Part shown: one piece after another, positions 1 to 9,613 of the stretch
Layout of the letters: every line of letters starts with the position of its first letter
Numbering within the stretch: the stretch's first letter is position 1
DNA from: Verrucomicrobiia bacterium
Lineage (GTDB): Bacteria; Verrucomicrobiota; Verrucomicrobiia; Verrucomicrobiales; DEV007
DNA length: 62,805 nt
Direction: 5' to 3'
Assembly: GCA_020439925.1 (NCBI GenBank)
Contig: JAGRPC010000023.1
Location: 1-62,805 of the forward strand
The notes under the pieces: generated by a model
The model's database searches: none
Told to the model about the DNA's origin: nothing
Seen by the model: only the letters and a program-made list of their open reading frames with translations
Translations under genes and position numbers: made by a program

Positions 1-107
1 AGCGGGAAGATGAACTGCTTGTAGTCCCCCGCATCAATCGTCCCCCGCAGGAGCACGGCGGCTCCCCAGAGGTAGGATTCGAGTTGGTGTTGGGTGATGC
101 GGGTCAT
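1..107 (-). CDS. hsdM: Type I RM methyltransferase subunit (second HsdM), N-terminus only, runs off the window
   Basis: Minus strand from ATG at 107 reads MTRITQHQLESYLWGAAVLLRGTIDAGDYKQFIFPL, a typical HsdM N-terminus paralogous to 1144-2649; ATGA overlap with the upstream gene's stop. Not in the ORF track. Confidence 0.85.
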   Translation of the reverse strand, partial: MTRITQHQLESYLWGAAVLLRGTIDAGDYKQFIFP

Positions 108-1126
108 GGGGCGGGCGCGCTCTTCTTTAGCCAAAGCTCGTCGATGGCATCAGCCATTTCGGAGGAGATACTGAACGCCGTCTGTCGAAAGCGATGCCCC
201 GTCCCCAGCTTGGTATTGATTTCCCAAGCTTTGACGGCCCGATGCCATTCTTTGGAGTCGTCCAGCTTCCATTCGAATTGTAGGGGGACAAAAAACTCCT
301 CGTCCGGATTTCCGTCGCACGAATCCTTGCGATAGGTCGAAGTTGTCGTGCCCTTGGCGATGACTCCAACGCCGGTATGATAGAGATAGACTTTCGAGCC
401 TTTGCCGATTCCTGAAACGGCAAACTTTCGGTCGTAAAACGCTGAGGCGCGTCCTTTTTGCAACATATCCGCCCAAGCGTTTGCCTCGTAACTGGCGTTG
501 GTATTGACGCAATAGATCCCCGGGTTCTCCTCGACGATGACTTCAAGTTCCGGATTGTAGACATCGAACCACAGGTAAGGGTTCCCTTCGACCGAGTAGA
601 AACGATAGGTCAAACTGTCGATGCGGACTCCCTTTTCCTTCCAGTATTGGATCGCGGTAAGGGTATCACGGTCGATGCCATTGGTCACCACAACGAATAC
701 TTGGTCGTGATTGAAAGCTGACTCAGGCAGTTGCTCGTCCAGTTGGAAATAGCGCTGGTGGGCTTCTCGGAGCTCACCCTTGAGCTTTTGGTGCCGGGTC
801 GCGAGGTCTTGGAGCCCGGCATAGTCGTAACGGCCAAAGATTTGACCGTAGCGCATGACTTGTAGAAGGTTTTCGGCGGCGGATTGCCACCGCTTGAGTT
901 CGAAAATGTACAACTTGCCCTTGCTGTCGAGGGCGAGCAGGTCAGCCTCCTCCTGAAGCCGTCTTTCCTGACCGATCAGCATGAGCTCGTCTTCAGGAAT
1001 GAGATCATGAAGACGAGCCGCGAAAAATACCTCAATGTCCTTCTCGGTGATCCCAAAGTGGGCTGCGGTTTGTATCGGGACTCGTGGGGTAGCAGCGGGC
1101 GTTTTCGAGTCAAATTGATAGAGCAT
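104..1126 (-). CDS. PD-(D/E)xK endonuclease (NucS/DUF91-like) with C-terminal putative DNA-reader domain
   Basis: 340 aa; E..ADLLALD...IFELKR and Q..RY motifs; sits between two hsdM genes. Confidence 0.6.
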   Translation of the reverse strand: MLYQFDSKTPAATPRVPIQTAAHFGITEKDIEVFFAARLHDLIPEDELMLIGQERRLQEEADLLALDSKGKLYIFELKRWQSAAENLLQVMRYGQIFGRYDYAGLQDLATRHQKLKGELREAHQRYFQLDEQLPESAFNHDQVFVVVTNGIDRDTLTAIQYWKEKGVRIDSLTYRFYSVEGNPYLWFDVYNPELEVIVEENPGIYCVNTNASYEANAWADMLQKGRASAFYDRKFAVSGIGKGSKVYLYHTGVGVIAKGTTTSTYRKDSCDGNPDEEFFVPLQFEWKLDDSKEWHRAVKAWEINTKLGTGHRFRQTAFSISSEMADAIDELWLKKSAPAP

Positions 1127-1143
1127 AATGAATCCGGGGTTGG

Positions 1144-2649
1144 TTATTGAATGAGCCCCTCCAGTTTGAGTTTTCCGAGCAACCTCTCCTCGGCCGCAAA
1201 GGCCGCGTCAGCACTTTCCCGGAGCCGCTGCATCGCCTCCTCCACCGTGAGCACCTCGCCCTCCACCTTCGGCTCGACGTAGCGGGGAATGTTGAGGTTG
1301 TGGTCGTTGGCGGCAATCTCGTCCAGCGTGACGACGCGGGCGATGCCTTCCACATCCTGAAAGTCGCGAACCCAGCCGTGGATGCGCTCGACATGCTCCG
1401 GGAGCAGTTCGTTCTGGGCGCGGCCGGTTTTGAACTCCTTCGAGGCATCGATGATGAGCACCTTGTTTTTCCGGTCCTTCGCCTTCTTTTGCCGGAAAAC
1501 GAGGATGCAGGCAGCGAGGCCGGTGCCGTAGAAGAGATTCGGCCCAAGACCGATGACGGCCTCCAGCAGGTCCATGCCGAGCAGTTTCTTCCGGATCTCG
1601 CCCTCCTTGCCCATGCGGAAGAGAGCTCCATGGGGTAGGACGACGGCCATGCGCCCGCTCTTCGTCGCCATGGACTTGATCATGTGCTGCACGAAGGCGT
1701 AGTCACCGCTCTTGCCCGGTGGCATGCCGGCGAAGTTTCGCCCGTAGGGGTCGCTGGTCCAGACCTCATCGCCCCATTTCTCCAGGGAGAAGGGCGGATT
1801 GGCGATGACACAGTCGAAGGTGGCGAGGTTGTCGCCGGAGTAGAAGGCCGGGTTCCGCAGGGTGTCGCCACGCACGATCTGGAAATCCGTCGCTCCGTGG
1901 AGGAAGAGGTTCATCCGGGCGATCGCGGAGGTGGTGAGGTTCTTCTCCTGCCCGTAGAGCTTGCCCCAAAGGGTGCGGACATCGCCGCGGGTCTCTTTCA
2001 CATGGTGGATGGCCTCCAGTAACATGCCACCCGTGCCACAAGTGGGATCGTAGATGGACTCTCCCTCCCGGGGATCGAGGATCTCGACCATTAGTCGCAC
2101 CACGGAGCGCGGGGTGTAGAATTCGCCGGCCTTCTTGTTGGTGGCATCGGCGAATTTCTTGATGAGGTATTCGTAGGCCTGCCCGAGGACATCAGCCTCG
2201 GCGGCCGCGTTGCCGAGGGGCAGGCGTGAGAAATGCTCGATTAGATCCCGGAGGAGGGCGTCGGAGAGGCGATCCTTGTTCGTCCACTGGGCATCACCAA
2301 AGATCCCGTAGAGGGTGTGCGGATTGGCCTGCTCGATCCCGCGCATCGCGGTCTGGAGGGCCTGACCGACATTGGTCGCGACTTTTCGCACGTCCCGCCA
2401 GTGGCAGCCTTCCGGCACCTGGAAACCGTAGTTCTCCGGGAAGAGGGCGGCTTCCTCGTCCCCGCCGAACTCCTCGAGCGCGGCGGCATGCTCCTCGTCG
2501 TGAACGTCGGAGACCCGTTTGAAGAAGAGGAGCGGGAAAATGTAGGTCTTGAAGTCCGCCGCATCGACCGGCCCGCGCAGGATGTTCGCGGCCTCCCAGA
2601 GGTGGGATTCGAGCTGGGAGAGGGTGAAGTCGGAAGATCGCATAAGCAA
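1144..2649 (-). CDS. hsdM: Type I RM methyltransferase subunit HsdM (N6-adenine)
   Basis: GEFYTP, DPTCGTGG (SAM binding), NPPF catalytic motif, NLNIPRYV C-terminus. Confidence 0.95.
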   Translation of the reverse strand: MLMRSSDFTLSQLESHLWEAANILRGPVDAADFKTYIFPLLFFKRVSDVHDEEHAAALEEFGGDEEAALFPENYGFQVPEGCHWRDVRKVATNVGQALQTAMRGIEQANPHTLYGIFGDAQWTNKDRLSDALLRDLIEHFSRLPLGNAAAEADVLGQAYEYLIKKFADATNKKAGEFYTPRSVVRLMVEILDPREGESIYDPTCGTGGMLLEAIHHVKETRGDVRTLWGKLYGQEKNLTTSAIARMNLFLHGATDFQIVRGDTLRNPAFYSGDNLATFDCVIANPPFSLEKWGDEVWTSDPYGRNFAGMPPGKSGDYAFVQHMIKSMATKSGRMAVVLPHGALFRMGKEGEIRKKLLGMDLLEAVIGLGPNLFYGTGLAACILVFRQKKAKDRKNKVLIIDASKEFKTGRAQNELLPEHVERIHGWVRDFQDVEGIARVVTLDEIAANDHNLNIPRYVEPKVEGEVLTVEEAMQRLRESADAAFAAEERLLGKLKLEGLIQ

Positions 2650-2844
2650 CGGAACTTAGCAGAACGCTTTGATCTATCGCTTATTGGCAGGAGTCGCAAG
2701 GAAAACGGGCCGATCCATCCACAACACCGCAACTCCTACGTGATCGGTATAGGATGGGCCAAACTTGGGGGGAGTCTCCAGGGTCTCTGAACGTCGTTTT
2801 GCTTGACTGTCCTTCCATTGAGAGTTCATCTAACCCTAGCCGCA

Positions 2845-3036
2845 ACGGGACCCAACACGGGGGGAATTGAACCCCTGCCAGGAGTTGAGACAGCCAGTTG
2901 CGGTTTTTTCGTGCTCTGCCGCATGACCGAAACTTGTCCTTGATCGCTCCTTCGCGAGGGATCACTTTTCATCATCGCCACGGGACCCAAGACGGGGGGA
3001 ATTGCACTCCTGCCAGCACTTGAGACAGCCGGTGGC
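2845..3036. repeat. Two imperfect 57-bp direct repeats (2845-2901, 2980-3036) with a hairpin between them
   Basis: ACGGGACCCAAcACGGGGGGAATTG...CCTGCCAG..TTGAGACAGCC repeated; tgatcgctccttcgcgagggatca stem at 2941-2964. Confidence 0.75.
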
Positions 3037-3950
3037 TGCATCAGTTTTCCGCATCCTCTGGCCCAAGCAAGGGCCAGCCCTTGCCTGCCCTGATCCGGTT
3101 CGCGTGCTCAAGCGACGCCTTGCGGCTATTTTCCCACGTCGCCCCGCTGCGGAATTGTGCGTCCGTTCTCCGCCCCCACTCTTCCGGTTTCTCCTGCGTG
3201 GTTTTACCAATCGGCGCGGGCGGATGCGAGGCCTCGGAGCTGGTGTCGGATGGATTCATCGTCCCCTTGGGTTACGACTGGTGCGGAGTTTCCCGGGTTT
3301 CGGCGACCTTCTCCCAAGCCGTATTTGTTTCCCGGTTGGTCAACGGTCGCTCCATCAATTTCAAAAATAGCGCCCGCATTCTCGACTGGCAAGCCTCCGG
3401 CCAGGGCCTCACTCGCGATCGTCCGGCTCCGGATGTTGCGGTCCGCCGGACATCATCGAGCGTGCGCTCGCCAGATGCCTCGCCACGCTCGCTTTCGCTT
3501 CGTCCACGCTCAAGGGCGGCCGCGAAGCTGCGGAAGCTCTCCGTCGTTGGATTTGCTCCCGGAGGGCTTTCGAGGGGCCGATCACGGGTGGGTAGGAATC
3601 GTCGTTCACCTTTGTCACCTTCCTGCAAGGATTCGCGATCGTCAATTTCCCCAGAAATGGCGGGGGTAGCGAAACCTCCATCGCGCGAGCCAAGTTTTTT
3701 GCACGGGGTACCAAGCTTGGGCCGGGCGGGTCGCAGCGAGGCCCCTGGGGGTGCCGGCCATACCCCTTCGATCTCTGGACTGGCCAAGCCACGACGATCT
3801 TGTCTCCCGCCGGCCGCTCATCGCCACGGTCGGTTCTCTGTCGAGGTCGCGGGAAATCCATTCGAGGATGAGAACCCAGGCCGCCAAAGTGGCTACAAAA
3901 CTGGCATCACGAACGACTCTTCCCCCACCGTGAGGAGGTCGCCCAAGGGA

Positions 3951-4556
3951 TCAGGAATCAGATTCCACCGTGAAAACCCCGTCCCCGAGTTCTAGGGCGG
4001 TGGCGTCGAGGAGCGCCCCGGCGAATCCCTTCCCGGTCGCCTCCCCTTTCGCTTTCCCCGCTGCGATCTTCTCGGCCAGGTTCAATCCCGCCATGTCCTT
4101 CACATGAGCCCAGTGCTTCTCTCGCAGCCTCACGAGGGTTTCCAGATCCCGGACGGAGAGCTCACCCCGGTCGGCTTTCGCCTCCAGGTCGGTCATGGCC
4201 CGGTCGGCAAGGGCCTCGATCCTTTCGGCCTGCTCGATCTGCGCGTCCCGGATCTCCCAGGCCAGGGCATGAGCCCGCGCGTGTTCACCGTCCATCTCGC
4301 GGGTCAAAGCCACTTCGTTCCTGGCGCTCGCCCCTCTCAACACCGCCGCGGCAAGATTGACGCTTACCTTGGCTTCCGCGCTGAATCGCCGAACCGTCCA
4401 GGCTCCGGCCATCGCCTCCGGCAAACGGGCCATCGCCCGATCACGTGCGGCCGTTCGGGAGGGACCTTTCAGGACGACGGAACAATCGGCCATGCTCGAA
4501 GGTAACCGCCCCCGCTCGTCCGGCAAGCGCGCGCGTCGCTCTCTTAGAAACCCCAT
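3951..4556 (-). CDS. Hypothetical helical protein, possibly HTH/terminase-small-subunit-like
   Basis: 201 aa Ala/Arg/Glu-rich helical ORF next to the tRNA 3' end; resemblance is only architectural. Confidence 0.35.
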   Translation of the reverse strand: MGFLRERRARLPDERGRLPSSMADCSVVLKGPSRTAARDRAMARLPEAMAGAWTVRRFSAEAKVSVNLAAAVLRGASARNEVALTREMDGEHARAHALAWEIRDAQIEQAERIEALADRAMTDLEAKADRGELSVRDLETLVRLREKHWAHVKDMAGLNLAEKIAAGKAKGEATGKGFAGALLDATALELGDGVFTVESDS

Positions 4557-4731
4557 GCCGTGACACCGTCACCAGCGAAAGGCGGGCAGGAGTGCCTCAG
4601 AAGGTCCCATCCCGGCCGAATTGTTTGGAACGGTTCCGGACCTCGGACTTCTTTGACTTGGAGCGCCTTGTTGTCACTTTTGTTGCCACTTTGACAATCC
4701 GTCCGTCACAACTCGTTTATTTTCAACAGAA

Positions 4732-4803
4732 TGCCCCCGCCGGGAATCGAACCCAGATCTAGAGTTTAGGAAACCCTCGTTCTATCCGTTGAACTACGGG
4801 GAC
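4732..4803 (-). tRNA. tRNA-Arg(CCT), left att copy
   Basis: Reverse complement GTCCCCGTAGTTCAACGGATAGAACGAGGGTTTCCTAAACTCTAGATCTGGGTTCGATTCCCGGCGGGGGCA forms a cloverleaf with anticodon CCT and GTTCGA T-loop; CCA not encoded. Confidence 0.95.
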
Positions 4804-4909
4804 AAAGCCTTATTTCACAAGGAATCTGGCGTGCTTCGGGTGTTTGATGTTGCCATTTATACGGAAAAATTATACGGTGAGGCAGTTCTTCGGCAAGAAT
4901 TCCTTCACC

Positions 4910-6013
4910 ATGAAAGCACCCGCCAAGACCTGGACTCCGACTAAGGTTCCCCGCCTCTACAAGCACTCTTCAGGCACTTATTATGCCCGCATCTCCGCCG
5001 GAGGCAAGGAAACCTGGCGCAGCCTCAAGACGAAGGTTTTCTCCGTCGCAAAAGCCGAACTCGAGGAGAGGCTCCGATCGGCAGAGTTCCAAGCAGAAGT
5101 CACGCCGGAAAGCCCGCTCGGAGAAAAGCTGACGGGAGCCGATGCCTTCAAGATCCGCGAGCGGCAGATCGAGAACAATCCCGCTCTGAAGAAATCGACT
5201 CGCCACTACCTTACCCAGATCATCGTTTCGCTCAAGAAAAGCTGGCCCGAACTGGAAGGTTCCGACCTTCAGAGGATCACCGCGGAAGATTGCGAAGAAT
5301 GGTCGGGGAGGTTCGCCAAGACGGTTTCGCCGACCCGCTTCAACGCACACTTGAGCATGTTGCGCTCGCTTTTTGAGATTGCGATCGAGAAGGGTTCTCG
5401 CCGCTCGAATCCGGCAATCAAACTGAAACGCAGACGCGTCCGCTTCAAAGACCTCTCGAACCGTCTTCCTTCACGGTCCGAGTTCCTGAAGTTCGTTCAC
5501 ACCATCAGAACCGCCCAAGGTCGATTCTCGCGGCATTGTGCCGATTACGTCGAATTCCTTGCTTACACTGGAGTCAGAAGAGGGGAGGCTCCGTGGATTC
5601 AATGGAGACACTGCGACTTTGAAAAGGGAGAGATCCTGATCGAAGGCAACCCGGAGGACGGGACCAAAAACCACGAGGTCCGCCGCGTGCCCATGGTTCC
5701 CGCAGCAAGAACTCTGCTTGAGCGGCTACGCGACGAAAACCCGCAGGCGAAACCGACCGACCGAGTTCTCCGGGTGAAAGCTGCCAAGAAGGCGATGGAC
5801 CGCGCCGCCTCAAAAGCTGAGATCCCACGACTCACACACCACGATCTTCGCCATTATTTTGCGACGATTTGTATCGAGTCCGGGGCTGACGTTCCGTTAG
5901 TTTCAAGATGGCTCGGACATAAGGACGGGGGAGCTTTGGCGATGAAGGTTTATGGTCATCTTCGCAACGAGCACTCGCTTGCGGTTGCTTCCCGCGTGTC
6001 CTTCGCCGCTTAA
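4910..6013 (+). CDS. int: Tyrosine integrase of the element
   Basis: N-terminal arm-binding-like region; TGVRRGE, TKN, HDLRH, LGH and VY catalytic motifs. Confidence 0.95.
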   Translation: MKAPAKTWTPTKVPRLYKHSSGTYYARISAGGKETWRSLKTKVFSVAKAELEERLRSAEFQAEVTPESPLGEKLTGADAFKIRERQIENNPALKKSTRHYLTQIIVSLKKSWPELEGSDLQRITAEDCEEWSGRFAKTVSPTRFNAHLSMLRSLFEIAIEKGSRRSNPAIKLKRRRVRFKDLSNRLPSRSEFLKFVHTIRTAQGRFSRHCADYVEFLAYTGVRRGEAPWIQWRHCDFEKGEILIEGNPEDGTKNHEVRRVPMVPAARTLLERLRDENPQAKPTDRVLRVKAAKKAMDRAASKAEIPRLTHHDLRHYFATICIESGADVPLVSRWLGHKDGGALAMKVYGHLRNEHSLAVASRVSFAA

Positions 6014-6275
6014 CATCTTCCGACCACTGTTTGGCACCCGGGGAAGGAGAAGGATTCTTCGTCTCCGCCTTCTTAACCTTGCGTGATTTTGTGCCCGCGC
6101 CCACATAACGACCCGCTTCTTTCAGAAGGCGATCCACCTCGCTCTTCGGAATCATCGTCCGCCCGAGGTCGGTCACTGCCTGAACCTTCCCGGCGTAAAG
6201 CTGCCGGTAGGCCCAAGTCCTCTCTTTGCCGAACACCGCGGCGAACTCGGTCGGCGTGAAGGTGACCTTTTCCAT
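5832..6275 (-). CDS. Excisionase-like HTH DNA-binding protein
   Basis: FTPTEFAAVFGKERTWAYRQLYAGKV...GRTMIPKSEVDRLL is a HTH_17/Xis-like pattern; convergent with and overlapping the integrase 3' end. Confidence 0.7.
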   Translation of the reverse strand: MEKVTFTPTEFAAVFGKERTWAYRQLYAGKVQAVTDLGRTMIPKSEVDRLLKEAGRYVGAGTKSRKVKKAETKNPSPSPGAKQWSEDVKRRRTRGKQPQASARCEDDHKPSSPKLPRPYVRAILKLTERQPRTRYKSSQNNGEDRGV

Positions 6276-6338
6276 GCTGGCGAACCGATCACCTTGAGCG
6301 GCATCAAAAATGGCAAAATTCAAGCGTCCAGAAGTGGA

Positions 6339-6370
6339 CTTGAAACAGTTTCATGGGATTCTGTTTCAAG
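6339..6370. other. loxP-like recombination site, left (13-6-13, spacer CATGGG)
   Basis: cttgaaacagttt-catggg-attctgtttcaag; arms are 11/13 inverted match; 6346-6367 is a perfect 22-bp inverted repeat of 6982-7003. Confidence 0.8.
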
Positions 6371-6371
6371 G

Positions 6372-6399
6372 ATTCTACTAAAAACTTGGTGAGGTTCAA
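6372..6399 (-). promoter_or_regulatory. Putative sigma70 promoter inside the invertible segment, pointing outward
   Basis: Minus strand TTGAAC-16 nt-TAGAAT directly before the left recombination site. Confidence 0.6.
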
Positions 6400-6412
6400 T
6401 CCTGAAAGTGGC

Positions 6413-6979
6413 TCATTTCCAAGTTCGCTCCATGAGGCTCCTCTTCTCGGAGTCCTTCACGTCGAGGTAGATGCTGGTCGTCTCGATCTGGGAATGTCCG
6501 AACATTTCTTGAAGGAATTTCAGAGGAAGTCCAGCCATGACCCCCCGAACCCCGAAAGCATGACGAAGCCCCTTGGGCGTCGCATGGACTCCCTCGATTC
6601 CAGCGTCGGCCATCGTACGCTTGATGATTCGCCAACCAGTGGTTCTTGAGAACGGCCAAATTCGCTCCTCTCCCGGCTCGGTCTCCAGTTCGCGCAATCG
6701 CTTTCCGAGCCAACCGGGGATGGGTATGCGGCGGAACTCTTCGATCTGCCGCTTCTTGAGCGTACGGACACGAAGGATGCAAGGTTCCAGGTCGATGTCC
6801 CGCTTCGTGGTCGACAAGGCTTCGGAGATTCGGATTCCCGTGTAGTGGAGCGCAATACAGAACAAGGCTTCGCGAACTGGCAGGCGACGAGAGTGATCTA
6901 AGAACTCCCGCCCCTCCGCGTGAGTGAGGTACTTGCGGCGCCCTTCGAGGTCGTAGGCAGAATGTGGGACTCGTTTCAT
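6413..6979 (-). CDS. Small tyrosine recombinase (invertase-type, catalytic domain only)
   Basis: RKYLT, TGIRISE, KGLRH, FGH, TTSIY motifs; ~188 aa like FimB/FimE-size enzymes; flanked by inverted sites. Confidence 0.9.
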   Translation of the reverse strand: MKRVPHSAYDLEGRRKYLTHAEGREFLDHSRRLPVREALFCIALHYTGIRISEALSTTKRDIDLEPCILRVRTLKKRQIEEFRRIPIPGWLGKRLRELETEPGEERIWPFSRTTGWRIIKRTMADAGIEGVHATPKGLRHAFGVRGVMAGLPLKFLQEMFGHSQIETTSIYLDVKDSEKRSLMERTWK

Positions 6980-7010
6980 GCGAAACAGAATCCCATGAAA
7001 CTGGTTCAAA
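6979..7010. other. loxP-like recombination site, right (spacer CCCATG, inverted relative to left site)
   Basis: tgcgaaacagaat-cccatg-aaactggttcaaa; the spacer contains the ATG of the next gene. Confidence 0.8.
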
Positions 7011-7792
7011 AATCGTTAACGTCCTTGCTTTCAGTGATTTACCTCCTGATTGGCGCCTCGTTTTCGTCCCTTTCCGCCCAGGACAACAATCCTCCCCATC
7101 TTGCTCACTACGATCCCACCAAGGGATTCAAGCCTGCCCAGGCAAATTTGACCGAGATTTTCCTTCAAATCGCGGGAAGCCTCGAATGCCACGGCAGTCC
7201 CGAGCCTTACCTCCGTCACATCCAAAGTGAGCACGCACGGGTTTCTCAACTCTACAAGGAGAAGACCGGAAAGAAGCATGCCGGACGAATGCCCACCCAC
7301 ATGTCGGCCGCATACGTCGATCTCATGGTGAAAAACTGGAATACCCTCTCCTCGCCTCTTCAGCTTGAGCCCTTCGCCAAGGAGATCGGGCGGTGCGCCC
7401 GCGAGGGCATCATGGGAACCCGGCTCGGCGGTACCTATGCCGTCCAAATCTTCAACGAACATCAAAGGGCGGTCGCCGCCCGGATGAAGGGGCAATCGAA
7501 CGCGATTTCGGGATTTGAGGAGCTACGCCAGAGAATGGAGAAGGACCTTCTCTTCGGAAAACTCGGCGGGAGTGCCGAAGGGCTTGAAACTTCCCGCCGC
7601 GACGCGGTGAGCTACGCGCTCACGATTACGGATCGCTTCTGGCGGAAATCGGAAGAGGTCCGATCGATTGCTGAGCCTGCAAAGGCGGCGGAAGTCAACC
7701 AGGGTTTGAAGGAGTTCTTTTTGGACTTGGGATATCTGGCTCAATCGGAACTGGAGATCGGGATTCTGGAATCAGCCCTGCGCCAGCTCTAG
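6995..7792 (+). CDS. Secreted hypothetical protein
   Basis: MKLVQKSLTSLLSVIYLLIGASFSSLSA-Q signal peptide pattern; start codon lies within the recombination-site spacer. Confidence 0.75.
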   Translation: MKLVQKSLTSLLSVIYLLIGASFSSLSAQDNNPPHLAHYDPTKGFKPAQANLTEIFLQIAGSLECHGSPEPYLRHIQSEHARVSQLYKEKTGKKHAGRMPTHMSAAYVDLMVKNWNTLSSPLQLEPFAKEIGRCAREGIMGTRLGGTYAVQIFNEHQRAVAARMKGQSNAISGFEELRQRMEKDLLFGKLGGSAEGLETSRRDAVSYALTITDRFWRKSEEVRSIAEPAKAAEVNQGLKEFFLDLGYLAQSELEIGILESALRQL

Positions 7793-8646
7793 CGATTGAC
7801 CTCGGAAGGTGCCGGCCCCTCTTTAGCAGCGTTTACCGTTGGAACCACCGGCTTGGAGTCCCCGGCGTCCACCAGTTGGACATTTCCGATACTGAGTTCC
7901 TTTGCCAGTCGCTGGGGAGCAGGAGAATTGGCCGCCCCTTCCGCTGAAGGCTCTCGCTCAGCCGTATCTCTTGCCTCACTCGTTCGGACGATGACTGCCT
8001 CAGCCTCCACCTTTGTCCCCTGGGTCGCAACGTTCTCGGCGAAAACGGGCCGGTCCAATACACCGTAAGCTTCTGCACGCTTGCCCTGGTCCCAGGCACG
8101 GATGAAATCCTCACGGTCAGGTTCTGGGATACGCTGCAAATCGGCCGAAATTTGAGAGTGGGAAAGTTGGTCGCGGAGACGCTCAGCTTCCTTCTGCTTC
8201 ACGATTTCGGGAAGCTCGCTGAATTCGTATTCCTTGCGGCGGACGCCTTCCCATACGCGGTGGCTCATTTCAGCCTTGCCGTGTTCGCTTAGGCGTTCCC
8301 AGGCGCTCAGATAGAACTTCTCCAGGCTGCTGAAATCCGCCTTAGTGAAGTGGTCCTTATCCAAAAACTCGGCGAACTGCCTCCGTTCTTCTAGATTCAA
8401 AGCCGCTTCACGTTGGGCAATGAGGACCGCGACAGCAACTTCCTGAAGGGCTTTCTCGCGTTCTTCTTTGGTTGCTTCGGCATCCTTATGGTCGAGTTCG
8501 ATGATTCGGTTCTTGGCTCGTTCCAGAAGGTGCCCCAGCAGCATCGGATTCGGAAGGGCGGCACCACTTGTCAGCATTGCTTCGATTTCTTTGACGGCTC
8601 GACGCAATTCGGCCGCCTCCACCTGTTCCAAACCTCTTCCATTCAT
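7789..8646 (-). CDS. Hypothetical helical/coiled-coil protein
   Basis: AAGGAGG Shine-Dalgarno before ATG at 8646; charged helical sequence. Confidence 0.7.
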   Translation of the reverse strand: MNGRGLEQVEAAELRRAVKEIEAMLTSGAALPNPMLLGHLLERAKNRIIELDHKDAEATKEEREKALQEVAVAVLIAQREAALNLEERRQFAEFLDKDHFTKADFSSLEKFYLSAWERLSEHGKAEMSHRVWEGVRRKEYEFSELPEIVKQKEAERLRDQLSHSQISADLQRIPEPDREDFIRAWDQGKRAEAYGVLDRPVFAENVATQGTKVEAEAVIVRTSEARDTAEREPSAEGAANSPAPQRLAKELSIGNVQLVDAGDSKPVVPTVNAAKEGPAPSEVNR

Positions 8647-8836
8647 TCCTGAAACCTCCTTTTGAGATAGAATCATATCACAGAATTGTTGCAGAATTAT
8701 GACGGCCCGAAGTGACCGGAACTCGCCCGTTCCGGGAAGCTGGCCACGGATTGCCAAATCAAGGATTGACCCTCGAGGCATCGTTGGATACCCTGGTTGA
8801 AAGTCCCAGAAAACCTTTCGTCCCGAGAGCTTTACA

Positions 8837-9508
8837 ATGAACTCACCTCTCCAAGAACGGCACCGGGACCAGATTTTCGGCGGCACGACCTACGCCCAGC
8901 ACGGAGAAGACCTGATGCTCTGCAATCTCTTCCGATTGATGGGCGTCGATCGGCCGGGATACCTCGACCTTGGCGCCCACCATCCCTACGTGATCTCCAA
9001 CACCGCCCTACTCTATGAGCGGGGCTCACGTGGCGTGAATGTTGAAGCCAATCCGCTTCTCGTCGAGGCTTTCCGTGAGGCAAGGGCTGACGATTTGACG
9101 ATCAACGTCGGAGTAGGTCCCAAGCAGGGCACTTTGCCGTTCTATCGGTTCACGAAGCGGAGCGGCCTCAATACTTTTTCGGAAGCCATTGTAGCGGCAA
9201 GGGCCGACCGCCATCCTGTCGAGGAGGTGGTCCACCTCCCGGTCTGGACAATTACCAAGATCGTCGACGAATGTTGCGGCGGCGTCTACCCGCCACTGCT
9301 GTCGATGGATCTGGAGGGCCTTGACTTGGCGGTCTTGAAAACGGCGGACTTCTCAGCTTCGCGGCCGCGGGTTGTGATCGCGGAACTCCAAGGAGCCGAT
9401 GCGGCGGAAGCTCGACTATTGATGGCCGAACAGGGCTTCCGTGTTCTGTGCCGGATGGTCTCGAACCTCCTGTTCGTCCACGAGGATTGGATTGGAAAAG
9501 TCGCCTGA
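8837..9508 (+). CDS. FkbM-family SAM-dependent methyltransferase
   Basis: YAQHGED, YLDLGAHHP..SNT, GVNVEAN, LSMDLEGLD motifs. Confidence 0.9.
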   Translation: MNSPLQERHRDQIFGGTTYAQHGEDLMLCNLFRLMGVDRPGYLDLGAHHPYVISNTALLYERGSRGVNVEANPLLVEAFREARADDLTINVGVGPKQGTLPFYRFTKRSGLNTFSEAIVAARADRHPVEEVVHLPVWTITKIVDECCGGVYPPLLSMDLEGLDLAVLKTADFSASRPRVVIAELQGADAAEARLLMAEQGFRVLCRMVSNLLFVHEDWIGKVA

Positions 9509-9613
9509 ACCGCCGTTAACCATGCGTTTTAGCAGGAGAGTCTAGCGCGAGAGCGCGGAATTTCTGAGGTCGCCGTCGAGGAACAGACCTCTGAGGGGCG
9601 AGGTGCCTTGTAA

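Noticed and set aside
2845-3036. Repeat pair as mini-CRISPR or tRNA remnant
   Set aside because: Only two long diverged copies; no cloverleaf recognised
3041-3995. Several overlapping ORFs on both strands
   Set aside because: Could not determine which, if any, is real; no motifs
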